Translations under genes and position numbers: made by a program
Notes under the pieces: model-generated
Seen by the model: only the letters and a program-made list of their open reading frames with translations
Database searches by the model: none
Told to the model about the DNA's origin: nothing
Shown here: piece by piece, positions 1 to 9,619 of the stretch
Position numbering within the stretch: position 1 is the first letter of the stretch
How the letters are laid out: each line of letters begins with the position of its first letter
Assembly (NCBI GenBank): GCA_050732875.1
Contig: JBOHRQ010000006.1
Coordinates: 5,666-69,665 of the forward strand
Direction: 5' to 3'
From: Gemmatimonadota bacterium
GTDB taxonomy: Bacteria > Gemmatimonadota > Gemmatimonadetes > JACCXV01 > JAHWKZ01
Length of the DNA: 64,000 nucleotides

Positions 1-1937
1 AACGTGAGGACGGTCCCCGCGTAGTCCGTGGTGGTGAACTCGTGGCGCAGCCCTCCCAGCAGCATGAGTCGGTCGAGCTGCATGGACGTCATCGCGTAGT
101 AGGCGTAGACATCCTCGCTGGCCTCATAGGCGTCACCGATCGAGTCCTCGATCCTCGTCACCTCCTCGAAGCTCGACCGGTTGTCATCCAGGAAGGCGCG
201 GATCTTGTCGTTGTCCACCGTCGGACCGAGGACGTACGCGCCATCCAGGAAATCCTCGTCCACGATGTCGGTCGCGAACATGGCCATCGTGATGTCCTGG
301 TCGCCATCCCATGCAAACGTCGAGCGCTGGTCGTTGCGGTCCTTGTTCTTGAAGCGGGCCTTGCCGCCGAACTTCAGGCTGGCCGAGTTGTCCCCGATGC
401 TGTACGGGTACTCGAGGTTGAGGGCACCGATCGTCTCCTTGTCGGAGGTGAACTCCTCACGGTAGTCGATCTCCGCGAGATCGTAGTTGGCGGGGTCGAG
501 CAGGGCAGCCTCGTCGATGTTCGTGAAGTCGACCTGCGGGGTGTCGGGATTGGAGAGATCGAGCGTAAGGTCCACATCCTGATTGAACTCGAACTCCGGG
601 ATGATCTGGCCGTCGTCCTTGTTCTGTTCGCCATACGTATAGGCGAGCGTATAGTCGACCAGCCAGTCCTCCAGGTGGTGGTCGCCGCCGGCGGCGATGT
701 TGGAGATCACCTGGGTCTCGACCCGGTCCTGGGAGTTGCGGATCGTCTGAGCTTCCCGGACGACCGTGGCGCTTTCGTACTCGCCCCGATCGACTCGTAT
801 CCGGTTCTCCTGCCGGCTCTGGAAGTCGTCCCGCTTGTTGAACATCCCGCGCACGTAGAAAACGTTCGAGCTACTGGGCCTGAACTCGAGGTCCGCGCTG
901 AGGCCGTAGCGGTCCCGTTCGTTCAGGAAGTGGCGCAGCTGCATCTCGGTCAACGCGAACGGGATCTCGACCTCGTCGACCGTCTCGACATCGTCCCACT
1001 GGAACTCGCTGTTGTGGCTGATGCGGTTCAGGCGCTGGTAGTTGGCGTTGATCGTCAGCCCCACCGTTCGATCGGCGAACAGGTTGCTGAACGTGGCCGT
1101 CGTCTGGTACTGCGGCTTGTCTCCCAGCTCGCCGTAGCCGGCCCCGCCCGTCAGCTGGAAGTAGCGCGCGCCACCGGCGACGTCGAACGGGCTGCGGGTC
1201 ACGAGATCGACCGTGCCGCCGATCGCGTCGGCGTCCATGTCCGGGGTCAGCGCCTTGGTGACCTCGAGCGAGGCGAGCTGGTTCGCCGAGATCACGTCCA
1301 GCGCCACGAACCGCTCCTCGTCCTCGGGCGTGGCCAGCTTCTCGCCGTTCACCGTGACCGAGGTGAGCCGCGGCTCCGTTCCGCGCAGGAAGATGAACTT
1401 TCCCTCCCCGAGAGAGCGCTGGATGTTGACGCCGGGCACGCGCTGGAGGACCTCGGCCGTGTTGTGATCGGGGAAGAGCTGGATCTGCTCCTGATCCACG
1501 ATGTTGACGATGGTGGGCGACGTGCGCTGCAGCATGAGGGCCTTCGCCTGGCCTTGCCGGAGCTGGACCGTGATCCCCTCCGCCTGGACGAAGCTCGGCT
1601 CGATCGACGCGTTCTGCTCCTCGATCTCGTCCTCGGAGACCGAGATCTCCGCCTGAAACGCGTCGTAGCCCAGGTAGCTCACCACGAGCGTGTAGTCCCC
1701 CTCCGGCACGCCGTCGATACGGTAGCGGCCGTTCCGGTCGGTCACCGCCCCCAGCGAGGTACCCTCGAGCATGACCTGCGCGCCGGGGAGAAAGTCTCCG
1801 TCGCGCTCGGAGGTGACCTGACCCCTCACCTGACCGGTCTGCGCGTGGAGCTCCGCCGGTGCAAGAGAGATCAGGACGGCGGTGACGACCGCGGCCAGGG
1901 CCGCGCCGCACCTCGGGACCCATACGCACATGCTCAT
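1..1937 (-). CDS. TonB-dependent receptor, N-terminal part only (C-terminus runs off the window start); has a carboxypeptidase-regulatory-like N-domain and a plug
   Basis: Manual translation of the minus strand from ATG ~1937: MSMCVWVPRCGAALAAVVTAVL (signal peptide), then GQVRGQVTSERDGDFLPGAQVMLEG..GRYRIDGVPEGDYTLVVSYLGY (CarbD-like), then a plug-like region (NTAEVLQRVPGVNIQR..FIFLRGTE). The track does not list it because it is partial. 4-nt overlap with the lacI stop. Confidence 0.75.
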   Translation of the reverse strand, partial: MSMCVWVPRCGAALAAVVTAVLISLAPAELHAQTGQVRGQVTSERDGDFLPGAQVMLEGTSLGAVTDRNGRYRIDGVPEGDYTLVVSYLGYDAFQAEISVSEDEIEEQNASIEPSFVQAEGITVQLRQGQAKALMLQRTSPTIVNIVDQEQIQLFPDHNTAEVLQRVPGVNIQRSLGEGKFIFLRGTEPRLTSVTVNGEKLATPEDEERFVALDVISANQLASLEVTKALTPDMDADAIGGTVDLVTRSPFDVAGGARYFQLTGGAGYGELGDKPQYQTTATFSNLFADRTVGLTINANYQRLNRISHNSEFQWDDVETVDEVEIPFALTEMQLRHFLNERDRYGLSADLEFRPSSSNVFYVRGMFNKRDDFQSRQENRIRVDRGEYESATVVREAQTIRNSQDRVETQVISNIAAGGDHHLEDWLVDYTLAYTYGEQNKDDGQIIPEFEFNQDVDLTLDLSNPDTPQVDFTNIDEAALLDPANYDLAEIDYREEFTSDKETIGALNLEYPYSIGDNSASLKFGGKARFKNKDRNDQRSTFAWDGDQDITMAMFATDIVDEDFLDGAYVLGPTVDNDKIRAFLDDNRSSFEEVTRIEDSIGDAYEASEDVYAYYAMTSMQLDRLMLLGGLRHEFTTTDYAGTVLT

Positions 1938-2971
1938 GAATCTCCTCCGTCTCCGGACTCGGGTGTGGGTCTCGAGCCGCAGGACCGACGCACCACCAGC
2001 GTCGTCTTCAGCACGAGCTTCGCGCAGGGCCGGTCCGGCTCGGCGATGCGCTGAAAGAGCATGTCGGCCGCCCGGAGACCGATCTCGTGTCCCGGCTGGC
2101 TGACAGCTGTGAGGGGCGGGTTGAGGGAGATGGACCAGTACATGTCGTCGAATCCGACGATGGCGACTTCCTCGGGGATGCGGAGCCCGCGCCCGTGGAT
2201 CGTCTCGAGGGCGCCCAGAGTGATCAGGTTGTTGCCGGTGAACAGAGCGGTGGGGGGGTCGGGCAGGTCGAGAAGCTCGCGCGTGAGTCGTCGCCCGCTC
2301 TCATGCTTCGAATCGCCGAAGAGGACGAGCTTTTCGTCCTTGTCGATCCCGCGCGACGCCAGCGCGTCCTCGTACCCCTGGAGCCGCTCCATCGTGCTCG
2401 GGATCTGCGGCAGGCCCGCGATGTAGGCGATCCGGCGATGGCCGAGCCGCGCGAGGTGCTCCACCGCCTCACGCGCTCCGTGCCGGTTGTCGACCACAAT
2501 CACGTCCACGTCGATCCCGCTCAGCCCGCGGTCGACACAGACGATCGGCAGCCCGCTCCGGGCCAGGTCGACCACCTTCCGGTCGCGCTGGTGAGCCGGT
2601 GCGACGATCAGCCCGTCCACCGACTCCGACCGCATGATGTCGAGGTAGAGCCGCTCCTTCGCCTCCTCCTGGGCGAAGTTGCACATGAGGACCGCGTAAT
2701 GGTTGGCGTAGGCGCGATCCTCGATGCCGCGCACGACCTCGACGTAGAAGGGGTTCTGGATGTCCGGGACGAGCACCCCGATGAGCTTGCTGGAGCGGTC
2801 CTGGGTCCTGAGGCGGCGGGCGACCCGGTTGGGCTGGTAGCGGAGCACCCGGATGGCCTTCTCGACCCGGACCCGGGTATCGGCGCTGACGTTGGCGGAG
2901 TTGTTCAGGACGCGGGAGACGGTGGCTGGCGAGACGCCCGCCTCACGCGCCACCTGCTTCAGGCTGGACAT
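1934..2971 (-). CDS. LacI family transcriptional regulator
   Basis: N-terminal HTH MSSLKQVAREAGVSPATVSRVLNN, then a periplasmic-binding-like sugar-binding core; 345 aa; sits upstream of the TonB receptor on the same strand. Confidence 0.9.
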   Translation of the reverse strand: MSSLKQVAREAGVSPATVSRVLNNSANVSADTRVRVEKAIRVLRYQPNRVARRLRTQDRSSKLIGVLVPDIQNPFYVEVVRGIEDRAYANHYAVLMCNFAQEEAKERLYLDIMRSESVDGLIVAPAHQRDRKVVDLARSGLPIVCVDRGLSGIDVDVIVVDNRHGAREAVEHLARLGHRRIAYIAGLPQIPSTMERLQGYEDALASRGIDKDEKLVLFGDSKHESGRRLTRELLDLPDPPTALFTGNNLITLGALETIHGRGLRIPEEVAIVGFDDMYWSISLNPPLTAVSQPGHEIGLRAADMLFQRIAEPDRPCAKLVLKTTLVVRRSCGSRPTPESGDGGDS

Positions 2972-3066
2972 GGGGGTTTCAGGATCCCTTCTCCCTCAGA
3001 ATGAAATCGATTTCATGGAGATTTCGCTACAGATCTAGATGATTTGCTGGCCTCTCCGCGAGTTTT

Positions 3067-3080
3067 TGATAACGATTCCA
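3067..3080. promoter_or_regulatory. Candidate LacI-family operator (TGATAACGATTCCA) in the lacI upstream region
   Basis: Matches the LacI-family consensus TGnnAnCGnTnnCA at every constrained position; about 100 nt upstream of the lacI start on the minus strand. Confidence 0.4.
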
Positions 3081-3196
3081 CGCCTTCCTCAGTTATACGG
3101 GATCACGGTCCCGCAGTCAAGCCTTGTGAAATGGCTACGTAGGGAGCGGCCGGCCGTTGACGCTCCGGGCTGGTGCTCCGGGCTAGCGCTCGATGG

Positions 3197-4105
3197 CTAG
3201 CGCTCCAGCGCCTCCCGGTCCCACCCGCCCCGCTCGGCGGTGGCCTCATAGGTCGTTCGCAGGAAGGCGAGGAGCGCGGCGTCCGGATCGTCGGCGGTCC
3301 GGACAGCCTCGTAGGGGAGCACGAACTCGCGCAGCGTGTCGTGGTAGTACGCGGCCTCGGGCTCGACCGGCCAGTCGCGGAAGCCGTCCGCCTCGGGATA
3401 CGCGTACGCGTAGAAGGCGGGCTCGCCCAGGCCCGCCCCCGGCCACCAGCCCCCGCTCCAGCACTCGTGCGAGTAGGCTTCGTGGGTGATCGAGTCGGGG
3501 ACGCCCGGAGCGCCCGGGTGCGGCGGGGCCTTCCGGCCCGAGAAGCGCGTCGAGGCGAGGTCGAAGCTGCCCCAGAAGAAGTGGACCGGGCTCGCCTTCC
3601 CCAGGAAGTCGTCGCGGAACGCCTTGGCCACCCGGTCGCCCTGGGCCAGGGCGCGCCAGAAGCGGTTCGCCCACGCCGGGTCGTAAGCGCCGTGGACGCG
3701 GTCCTCCACGAAGGGGATCGGCTCGGGCACCTCGACCGGCACCGGCCAGATCTCGACCTCGATCCCCAGATCCGCGAGCGCTGCCAATGTCTGCTGATGG
3801 AAATCGGCGACCGTCATCGGCCGCAGGGCGAGCTCGCGGCCCGTACCATCGCTGGTCGCGATCTCGAGCCGATGGTCGATGAAGTCGAAGTCGATCTGGA
3901 ACGTGCGGTCGTCGTCGGGGATCGGGCTGGTCGTGAGCCCGCGGCTGGTCAGGTAGAACGGCACGTGCCACCAGTGGTTGACGGGCGGCGTTCTGGCCAG
4001 GCGGACCTTCCCCACGACCTGGCTCCACATGTGGAGCGTGGCACAGGTGTCCTGCCACTCGTCCAGCGGCAGGGCGGGCCAGGCGTCTTCGTGTCGGCGG
4101 GTCAC
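3197..4105 (-). CDS. DUF5996 family protein (Ava_C0101-like)
   Basis: The conserved core WPALPLDEWQDTCATLHMWSQVVGKVRLA...HWWHVPFYLTSRGLTT starts at a GTG (VTRRHEDAW). The track ORF continues upstream into low-complexity sequence that is unlikely to be coding. Confidence 0.7.
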   Translation of the reverse strand: MTRRHEDAWPALPLDEWQDTCATLHMWSQVVGKVRLARTPPVNHWWHVPFYLTSRGLTTSPIPDDDRTFQIDFDFIDHRLEIATSDGTGRELALRPMTVADFHQQTLAALADLGIEVEIWPVPVEVPEPIPFVEDRVHGAYDPAWANRFWRALAQGDRVAKAFRDDFLGKASPVHFFWGSFDLASTRFSGRKAPPHPGAPGVPDSITHEAYSHECWSGGWWPGAGLGEPAFYAYAYPEADGFRDWPVEPEAAYYHDTLREFVLPYEAVRTADDPDAALLAFLRTTYEATAERGGWDREALER

Positions 4106-4166
4106 CGCGCAATGGTAGCGCGGAGGTCGGGCCCCGTCGACAGGGGCGGGCGGCAATCCCGCGCCT

Positions 4167-4772
4167 CTAGAACCCGAACTCCAGTCCCGCCGAGATCTCG
4201 ATGTTCTGGAGCGCGTCGTCCTCGAGGCAGGCGCCGAAGTCGATGTCGCCGACGTCGTCCGGCGCGTCGCACAGGTCCACGTGGTCCTTGACGTCGGCCC
4301 GCAGCCGTGCGAGGCCGATCGGGAAGGTGAACCCGGCGCCATAGTTGACCAGCAGGTTGGTGTCGCTGTCGCGTCTGTCGGGGGCGTAGCGGATGCCGCC
4401 CAGCCCGCCCGACAGGAAGAGGTCGACCGGCAGCGGAAGGTGATAGTTCAGCCCGCCGTAGAAGAGGTCGATGTCGGCCTCTTCGCTTTCGAGGACTTCG
4501 TCGATCTCGAACTCACCGTCCACGGACGCCCGCCCGTAGGAGAGGTCCAGCGAGAGGCCCTCGTGGCCGCCGAGGGCGAGCCTGAGGCCGTAGATCGCGC
4601 CGGAGTCCAGATCCACCTGGTCGAAGGCGTCCTCGAACGAGCTCTCGTCGAACGCGTAGTAGCCGAGATAGGGGTTGATCGCGATCCCGATCCGCTGGGC
4701 GCGGGCCGGCTCGGGCGTGGACACGCCGACCGCCGCGGCGAGGGCGGTGAAGAGAAGAGCAACACGCTTCAT
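4167..4772 (-). CDS. Outer-membrane beta-barrel protein (OmpA-like/porin family), secreted
   Basis: Signal peptide MKRVALLFTALAAAVG, alternating beta-strand pattern, C-terminal ...GLEFGF ending in Phe. Confidence 0.8.
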   Translation of the reverse strand: MKRVALLFTALAAAVGVSTPEPARAQRIGIAINPYLGYYAFDESSFEDAFDQVDLDSGAIYGLRLALGGHEGLSLDLSYGRASVDGEFEIDEVLESEEADIDLFYGGLNYHLPLPVDLFLSGGLGGIRYAPDRRDSDTNLLVNYGAGFTFPIGLARLRADVKDHVDLCDAPDDVGDIDFGACLEDDALQNIEISAGLEFGF

Positions 4773-4907
4773 TAGGCCTCCTGTGGGTCCGGGGCCGCGG
4801 CCCAGACTCGTCGAAGTCCCCTCATAGCCCGCCGGGCCGGAAAGCGTTCCCGGAGCGGGGCACCGACTCCGCTTGCGGTCGGCGCCCGGTCCTCCCTATC
4901 CTGCCCC

Positions 4908-5492
4908 ATGCGAGTGGCGCCGATCCTGAACGTGGCGGCCAAGCTGCTCCTGGTCGCACTCCTTCTGTTTGCGGTCGCTAACCCGGACATGCCCCGCTTC
5001 GCAGGGAAGGCGATGGGGATTCGCTCCGTTCTCTATCCGCTCGCCACGCTCCTGATCCCGCTGGTGTGGATCCTCAAGGGCCGGCCGCGTCCCTATCCCC
5101 ACGCGGCCGACACGCTGCTCGCCGGGCCCTTCCTGGTCGACGTGGGCGGAAACGTGGCCAACCTCTACGACACCGTCGTCTGGTTCGACGACGCCGCGCA
5201 CGCGCTGACATGGATGCTGCTCGTCTTCGCCGTCGGCGCGCTCCTGCTGCGACTCCGTCTGGCGCCCTGGATCACCGCCGCCCTCTGCATCGGGTTCGGA
5301 TCGGTGACCCACGTCCTGTGGGAGATCCTGGAATACCTGATCATGATCAGCGGCCGGACTGGCCTCCACCTGACCTACGGCGACACGGTCGGGGACCTGG
5401 CGGCGTCGCTGTCGGGGAGCGTCCTGGCGGGCCTCGTGACGGGATGGATCGCGGCTAAGCTTTCTTCCGGCTCGCCTCGCACACCTCGATGA
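4908..5492 (+). CDS. Hypothetical polytopic membrane protein
   Basis: 194 aa with 5-6 hydrophobic helices and plausible codon usage; divergent from the beta-barrel gene. Confidence 0.6.
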   Translation: MRVAPILNVAAKLLLVALLLFAVANPDMPRFAGKAMGIRSVLYPLATLLIPLVWILKGRPRPYPHAADTLLAGPFLVDVGGNVANLYDTVVWFDDAAHALTWMLLVFAVGALLLRLRLAPWITAALCIGFGSVTHVLWEILEYLIMISGRTGLHLTYGDTVGDLAASLSGSVLAGLVTGWIAAKLSSGSPRTPR

Positions 5493-5625
5493 AACGCTTC
5501 GGGGGCATGCCGGCGATGATCTCGCCGATTGCGTCCAGCGGGAGATCCTCCGGCTTCTCGAAGCGTACGCACGAGCGCCCTATGTCGAGCTTCATGCCGG
5601 CCTTCCGGAACGCCCCCCTCAAGCC

Positions 5626-6060
5626 TCACTCGAAGAAGTGGACGCGGGCGTCTGTGGTCACGCGCAGGACCGCGTCCTGGCGGAAGCGCCGGCGGTACTC
5701 CTCGGCAATCGCGGCGATGGCGGAGTCGGCCCCTGCGCTCGCCGGGTGGACGATCTCGATCACCATGACCGGCTCTTCGACGAGAACACCGCTCGGGTCG
5801 GTCCACTGACCCTCCGCATGCCAGGCGGTGAGGCCATCGGGGAATCTCGGCGTGACGACCTCCTCCAGAAAGTCCCTCCACTCGTCCTCGGAGACGGATC
5901 CGCCATCGGCTATCGCGCGGCCGAAGAACAGTCGATCGGCGACCATCGTCTGGATCGCCGGCTCCACCGATGGGGGCGCCCCGCCCAGGGTTCCCGTGCA
6001 GGCCGGGAGGGCAAGGAGCCAGACGTAGAGGACTGTCCGCCCGGGACGGCCCACGCTCAT
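5626..6060 (-). CDS. DUF3574 domain lipoprotein
   Basis: Start refined to MSVGRPGRTVLYVWLLALPACTG (lipobox); ATGA overlap with the upstream ABC transporter stop; conserved ...AEGQWTD...VIEIVH motif. Confidence 0.65.
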   Translation of the reverse strand: MSVGRPGRTVLYVWLLALPACTGTLGGAPPSVEPAIQTMVADRLFFGRAIADGGSVSEDEWRDFLEEVVTPRFPDGLTAWHAEGQWTDPSGVLVEEPVMVIEIVHPASAGADSAIAAIAEEYRRRFRQDAVLRVTTDARVHFFE

Positions 6061-7874
6061 CGGATCACGAACTGCTCCGCGTCCTCCGGAGCCGCTCCCC
6101 CGGGCTCTGCCTCCTGCTGGCGGCGCCACATCTCGGCGTAGACGCCATCGCGCGCGAGGAGATCCCCGTGGCGACCGCGCTCGACGATCCGGCCCGCTTC
6201 CAGGACAACGATCTCGTTCGCGTCGACGACGGTCGAGAGCCGGTGCGCGATGACCAGGGTCGTCCGGCCGCGCGCCACCTCGTCCAGGCTCGCCTGGATT
6301 TCCTTCTCGGTCCGCGTGTCGAGGGCCGAGGTCGCCTCGTCCAGCATGAGGATCGGCGGATCCTTGAGGAGCGTGCGAGCTATCGCGACCCGCTGCTTCT
6401 CGCCCCCAGAGAGCTTCAATCCGCGCTCGCCGACCCGCGTCTGGTAGCCTTCCGGAAGCCCGGCGATGAAGTCGTGGAGCCGGGCCAGACGCGCCGCCCG
6501 CTCCACCTCGGCGGGGGTCGCCTCGGGCCGCCCGTAGGCGATGTTGTAGTAGATCGTGTCGTTGAAGAGCACCGTGTCCTGCGGCACGATCCCGATCGCC
6601 GCCCTAAGGGTGGCCTGTGTGACGCGCCGGATATCCTGGCCGTCGATCTCGATCGAGCCTGCGTCGAGATCGTAGTACCGGAAGAGGAGCCGTGAGATCG
6701 TCGACTTTCCGGCGCCGCTCGGGCCCACGATCGCCACCCGTTTCCCCGACGGGACCCTGAACGTCACCCCTTCCAGGATCCTGCGGTCCGGACCGTAACC
6801 GAACGCGACGTCCTCGAACACTACCTCGCCACGCGTCACGTCGAGCGGCCGCGCATCCGAGGCGTCCTCCACCTCGACGTCCTCGTGGAGGAGCGCGAAC
6901 ATGCTCTCCATGTCGATCAGCGACTGCCGGATCTGGCGATAGACGAAGCCGAGGAAGTTGAGCGGCTGATAGAGCTGGATCAGGTACGTGTTCACGAGCA
7001 CGAAGTCGCCGACCGTGAGCCTCCCTGCGGCGGCCCCGCGGGCCGCCATCAGCATGACGAGGGTGAGGCCGGCGGCGATGACCAGCCCCTGCCCGATGTT
7101 GAGGACCGACAGCGTCGTCTTGGTCTTGACGGCGGCCCGCTCGTAGCTCTGCAGGGCACGGTCGAAGCGGGCCGCCTCGTAGGCCTCGTTGCCGAAGTAC
7201 TTGACGGTCTCGTAGTTCAGTAACGCGTCGACCACCCGGGCGCTCGCCTCGGTGTCCGTCTCGTTCATCACCCGGACGAACTTCGTGCGCCACTCGGTGA
7301 CCGCGATCGTGAAGGCGATGTAGATGGCGATCGTGACGAACGTCACGGCGGCGAAGCTCGCCGAGTAGAATCTCCACAGGATGCCGCAAACGAGCGCGAT
7401 CTCGACCAGCGTCGGGAGAATGTTGAAGAGCATGAACGAGAGCAGGAACTCGATCCCGCCGGTCCCCCTCTCGATCGCCCGCGCGACCCCACCGGTGCGC
7501 CGATCGAGGTGGAAGCGGAGCGAGAGGCGGTGGAGGTGCCCGAACGTCTCGAGCGCCACCCGGCGGATCGCGCGCTGGCCCACCTTGGCGAAGAGCGCGT
7601 CCCTGAGCTCGGCGAAGGCAGCGGAGGCGACCCGCACGATCCCGTAGCCGACGATGAGCGCCACCGGCACGACGACCGCGATCCCCGCTGTTTCGGGGGC
7701 GAGGATGTCCACCGCGCGCTTGTAGAGGATGGGGACGTAGACGGTGGCGACCTTGGCGGCCAGGAGGCACGCCAGGGCCAGGACGACCCGCGTCCGGAGC
7801 TCGGGCTCGCCCTTCGGCCAGAGGTACGGCAGGAGCTGGCGGATCGTCCGGAGGTCGCCGTGCTTTCGCGTCAT
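6057..7874 (-). CDS. ABC transporter, fused permease and ATPase (ABCB/Atm1-like exporter)
   Basis: Six-TM N-domain, Walker A GPSGAGKST, signature LSGGEKQRVAIAR, Walker B ILMLDEAT; start is the ATG at MTRKHGDLRTIRQLLPYLWP, with an alternative GTG 18 nt upstream. Confidence 0.9.
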   Translation of the reverse strand: MTRKHGDLRTIRQLLPYLWPKGEPELRTRVVLALACLLAAKVATVYVPILYKRAVDILAPETAGIAVVVPVALIVGYGIVRVASAAFAELRDALFAKVGQRAIRRVALETFGHLHRLSLRFHLDRRTGGVARAIERGTGGIEFLLSFMLFNILPTLVEIALVCGILWRFYSASFAAVTFVTIAIYIAFTIAVTEWRTKFVRVMNETDTEASARVVDALLNYETVKYFGNEAYEAARFDRALQSYERAAVKTKTTLSVLNIGQGLVIAAGLTLVMLMAARGAAAGRLTVGDFVLVNTYLIQLYQPLNFLGFVYRQIRQSLIDMESMFALLHEDVEVEDASDARPLDVTRGEVVFEDVAFGYGPDRRILEGVTFRVPSGKRVAIVGPSGAGKSTISRLLFRYYDLDAGSIEIDGQDIRRVTQATLRAAIGIVPQDTVLFNDTIYYNIAYGRPEATPAEVERAARLARLHDFIAGLPEGYQTRVGERGLKLSGGEKQRVAIARTLLKDPPILMLDEATSALDTRTEKEIQASLDEVARGRTTLVIAHRLSTVVDANEIVVLEAGRIVERGRHGDLLARDGVYAEMWRRQQEAEPGGAAPEDAEQFVIR

Positions 7875-8149
7875 TGGGGCGGGAATGTACACCCGGGGCA
7901 GGCAGCAACTACGCTCGGGCGGTGGCGGCTTCCCATTCCGTCTCGAGTCGCAATTGCTGCACCCATCGACGGATGTACGGATCCCGGGAGGAGCCTTACG
8001 AGGGCACGGATCTGGTCGCTGGTCGGCGCGACGACAAAGTCGATGTCCTGTGTCGCTCGTGGGGCACCGTGATAGGAGCTTGCAAACGAGCCGGTGAGCA
8101 TGTATGGAATGTTTGCCCGTTCGAGAACGCCGATCGCCCGACGAAACAC
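7871..8149 (-). pseudogene. Truncated nucleotidyltransferase-fold gene (MNT/AbiEii-like N-terminal fragment)
   Basis: LTGSFASSYHGAPRATQDIDFVV is the GS...DxD NTase motif; the ORF stops after ~60 credible residues and runs into the start of the ABC transporter, so only a remnant is present. Confidence 0.45.
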
Positions 8150-8159
8150 GTCCTGGTGA

Positions 8160-8384
8160 TCAACGAAGGGGCGGGGGCAAGGAGCCGGACGGGAACGAGT
8201 AGCGTAGAAGCTCCCGCTTCAACTCGAACTCCGACCAATCCGGATGCCGGTTGCGCAGGCGTGTCAAGGAAAGCTCTCTTGCGGCCAGGCTCATCTCCAG
8301 CGCCCTTCGAAGCCGTTCAGCGCCGGTGAGCTTACGGTGGATACTCGTCTGGACCGCTTCTGCTTCCGGGCTCGTGTCTCTCAC
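8160..8384 (-). CDS. Small hypothetical protein, partner of the NTase remnant
   Basis: 74 aa helical protein located 10 nt upstream of the NTase fragment on the same strand; arrangement resembles the module at 33306-34359. Confidence 0.4.
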   Translation of the reverse strand: MRDTSPEAEAVQTSIHRKLTGAERLRRALEMSLAARELSLTRLRNRHPDWSEFELKRELLRYSFPSGSLPPPLR

Positions 8385-8640
8385 GACTTCAGGCTTCCCG
8401 GCGTGGTGTCCCCTCGGGTTCGAGCAGATCCGTCTTCATCGCCGTTTGAAGCTAGGCCGGCAACAAGAGACGGACCACGCGGCCAGGCATGGATGGGGGA
8501 AGACGAGCGGCAGGGCGAAAAGGTTCGACTCGTGCCGGTCAGAGCGGTCACCCAGCGGCCACCCCCCCCGCTATTATTCGAGCACCGGGCCAATTCTACC
8601 TTGCCCGCTCGTTGAGCTCGCTGCAATCTTCCCATCGCTC

Positions 8641-9582
8641 ATGATAAAGCCGTTCGCCGTCATTCTTCTCACCGTCGGCATCTCGCTCTATGGTGTGATC
8701 CCCGGGATCGGCCAGGAACGGCTCGCGCGCGAGCTGGCGCGTGACTCGCTCGAGGTGGATGGCCTGACCCGGACGTTCTCGATCTATGTACCGCCGATGC
8801 CGCCTCCCTCGCCGCCGCTGCTGCTGGTCCTCCATGGCGGAGGTGGCGATGGGGATCGCATCCGGCAGCTGACCGGTGGCCTGATCGAAGAGGAAGCCGA
8901 CCGATACGGGTTCATCGTCGTCTATCCGGACGGTTTCGACCGGGGGTGGAACGGCTGCCGCCGGTCGGCGCCCTATCGGGCGAACGTCGAGAACGTCGAC
9001 GACCTGCGGTTCTTCCGGGCTCTCGTGAACCGGCTCGTCGAGTCCCATATCGTCGACGCGTCGCGCGTCTGGGTCTTCGGCTTCTCCAATGGCGGGCACC
9101 TGGCGCTCCGGCTCGCGCTCGAGGCCCCAGACGATTTCGCGGCCATCGCGGCCATCGGCGCGAGCCTCCCGATCGACGGGGAGCTCGATTGCGTGCCCAC
9201 CGGCCGTCCCGCCTCGGTCATGATCGTCAACGGGACCGCGGACCCCATCAGCCCATTCGACGGCGGCGAGGTCCGGACGGAGACCGCGGGCCGGATGGGA
9301 GTCGTCCGCTCCACCATGGAATCCGCCCTCTACTTCGCGGGGCTGTCCGGAGCGCCCGAGATCCCCGACATCACCATAGCATCGTCGTCGGAGGGATCGC
9401 GCGTCGAGATCGCCCGCTGGAGCGGAAGCGAGGGCCGCGAGGTGGTCCTCGCCGTCATCCACGGCGGCGGCCACTCCATCCCCGGGTCACCGGCCCCCTT
9501 CCCCGAAGAGGTCGGCGCTGTCGACCGGGGCTTCGACTCCATCGCCCTCGCGATCGAGTTCTTCCGCCGGGTGAGCGATTGA
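8641..9582 (+). CDS. Polyhydroxybutyrate depolymerase / esterase family protein (LpqC-like), secreted
   Basis: Start refined to MIKPFAVILLTVGISLYG (signal peptide); LLLVLHGGGGDG...VYPDG, GFSNGGHLA (GxSxG) and IHGGGH motifs. Confidence 0.8.
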   Translation: MIKPFAVILLTVGISLYGVIPGIGQERLARELARDSLEVDGLTRTFSIYVPPMPPPSPPLLLVLHGGGGDGDRIRQLTGGLIEEEADRYGFIVVYPDGFDRGWNGCRRSAPYRANVENVDDLRFFRALVNRLVESHIVDASRVWVFGFSNGGHLALRLALEAPDDFAAIAAIGASLPIDGELDCVPTGRPASVMIVNGTADPISPFDGGEVRTETAGRMGVVRSTMESALYFAGLSGAPEIPDITIASSSEGSRVEIARWSGSEGREVVLAVIHGGGHSIPGSPAPFPEEVGAVDRGFDSIALAIEFFRRVSD

Positions 9583-9619
9583 GCGGACTCGCGGCGTGGT
9601 CGGCACCTCGTATATTGCC

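Noticed and set aside
42-2054. 670-aa plus-strand ORF and several other long ORFs over 1-2000.
   Set aside because: Low-complexity Arg/Gly/Val-rich translation typical of the antisense of a real high-GC gene. The minus strand encodes a coherent TonB-dependent receptor.
3150-3200. Short tandem direct repeats (GCTCCGGGCT x2; GGCTAGCGCTC x2) upstream of lacI.
   Set aside because: Only two copies each and they lie partly inside the 3' end of the DUF5996 gene region. Too short to call a repeat element; mentioned under the LacI finding.
3173-4342. Overlapping ORFs on both strands (372 aa plus strand; 381/288 aa minus strand).
   Set aside because: Only the minus-strand frame containing the DUF5996 core is protein-like, and only from the internal GTG. 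The others are RGP-rich antisense or out-of-frame artefacts.
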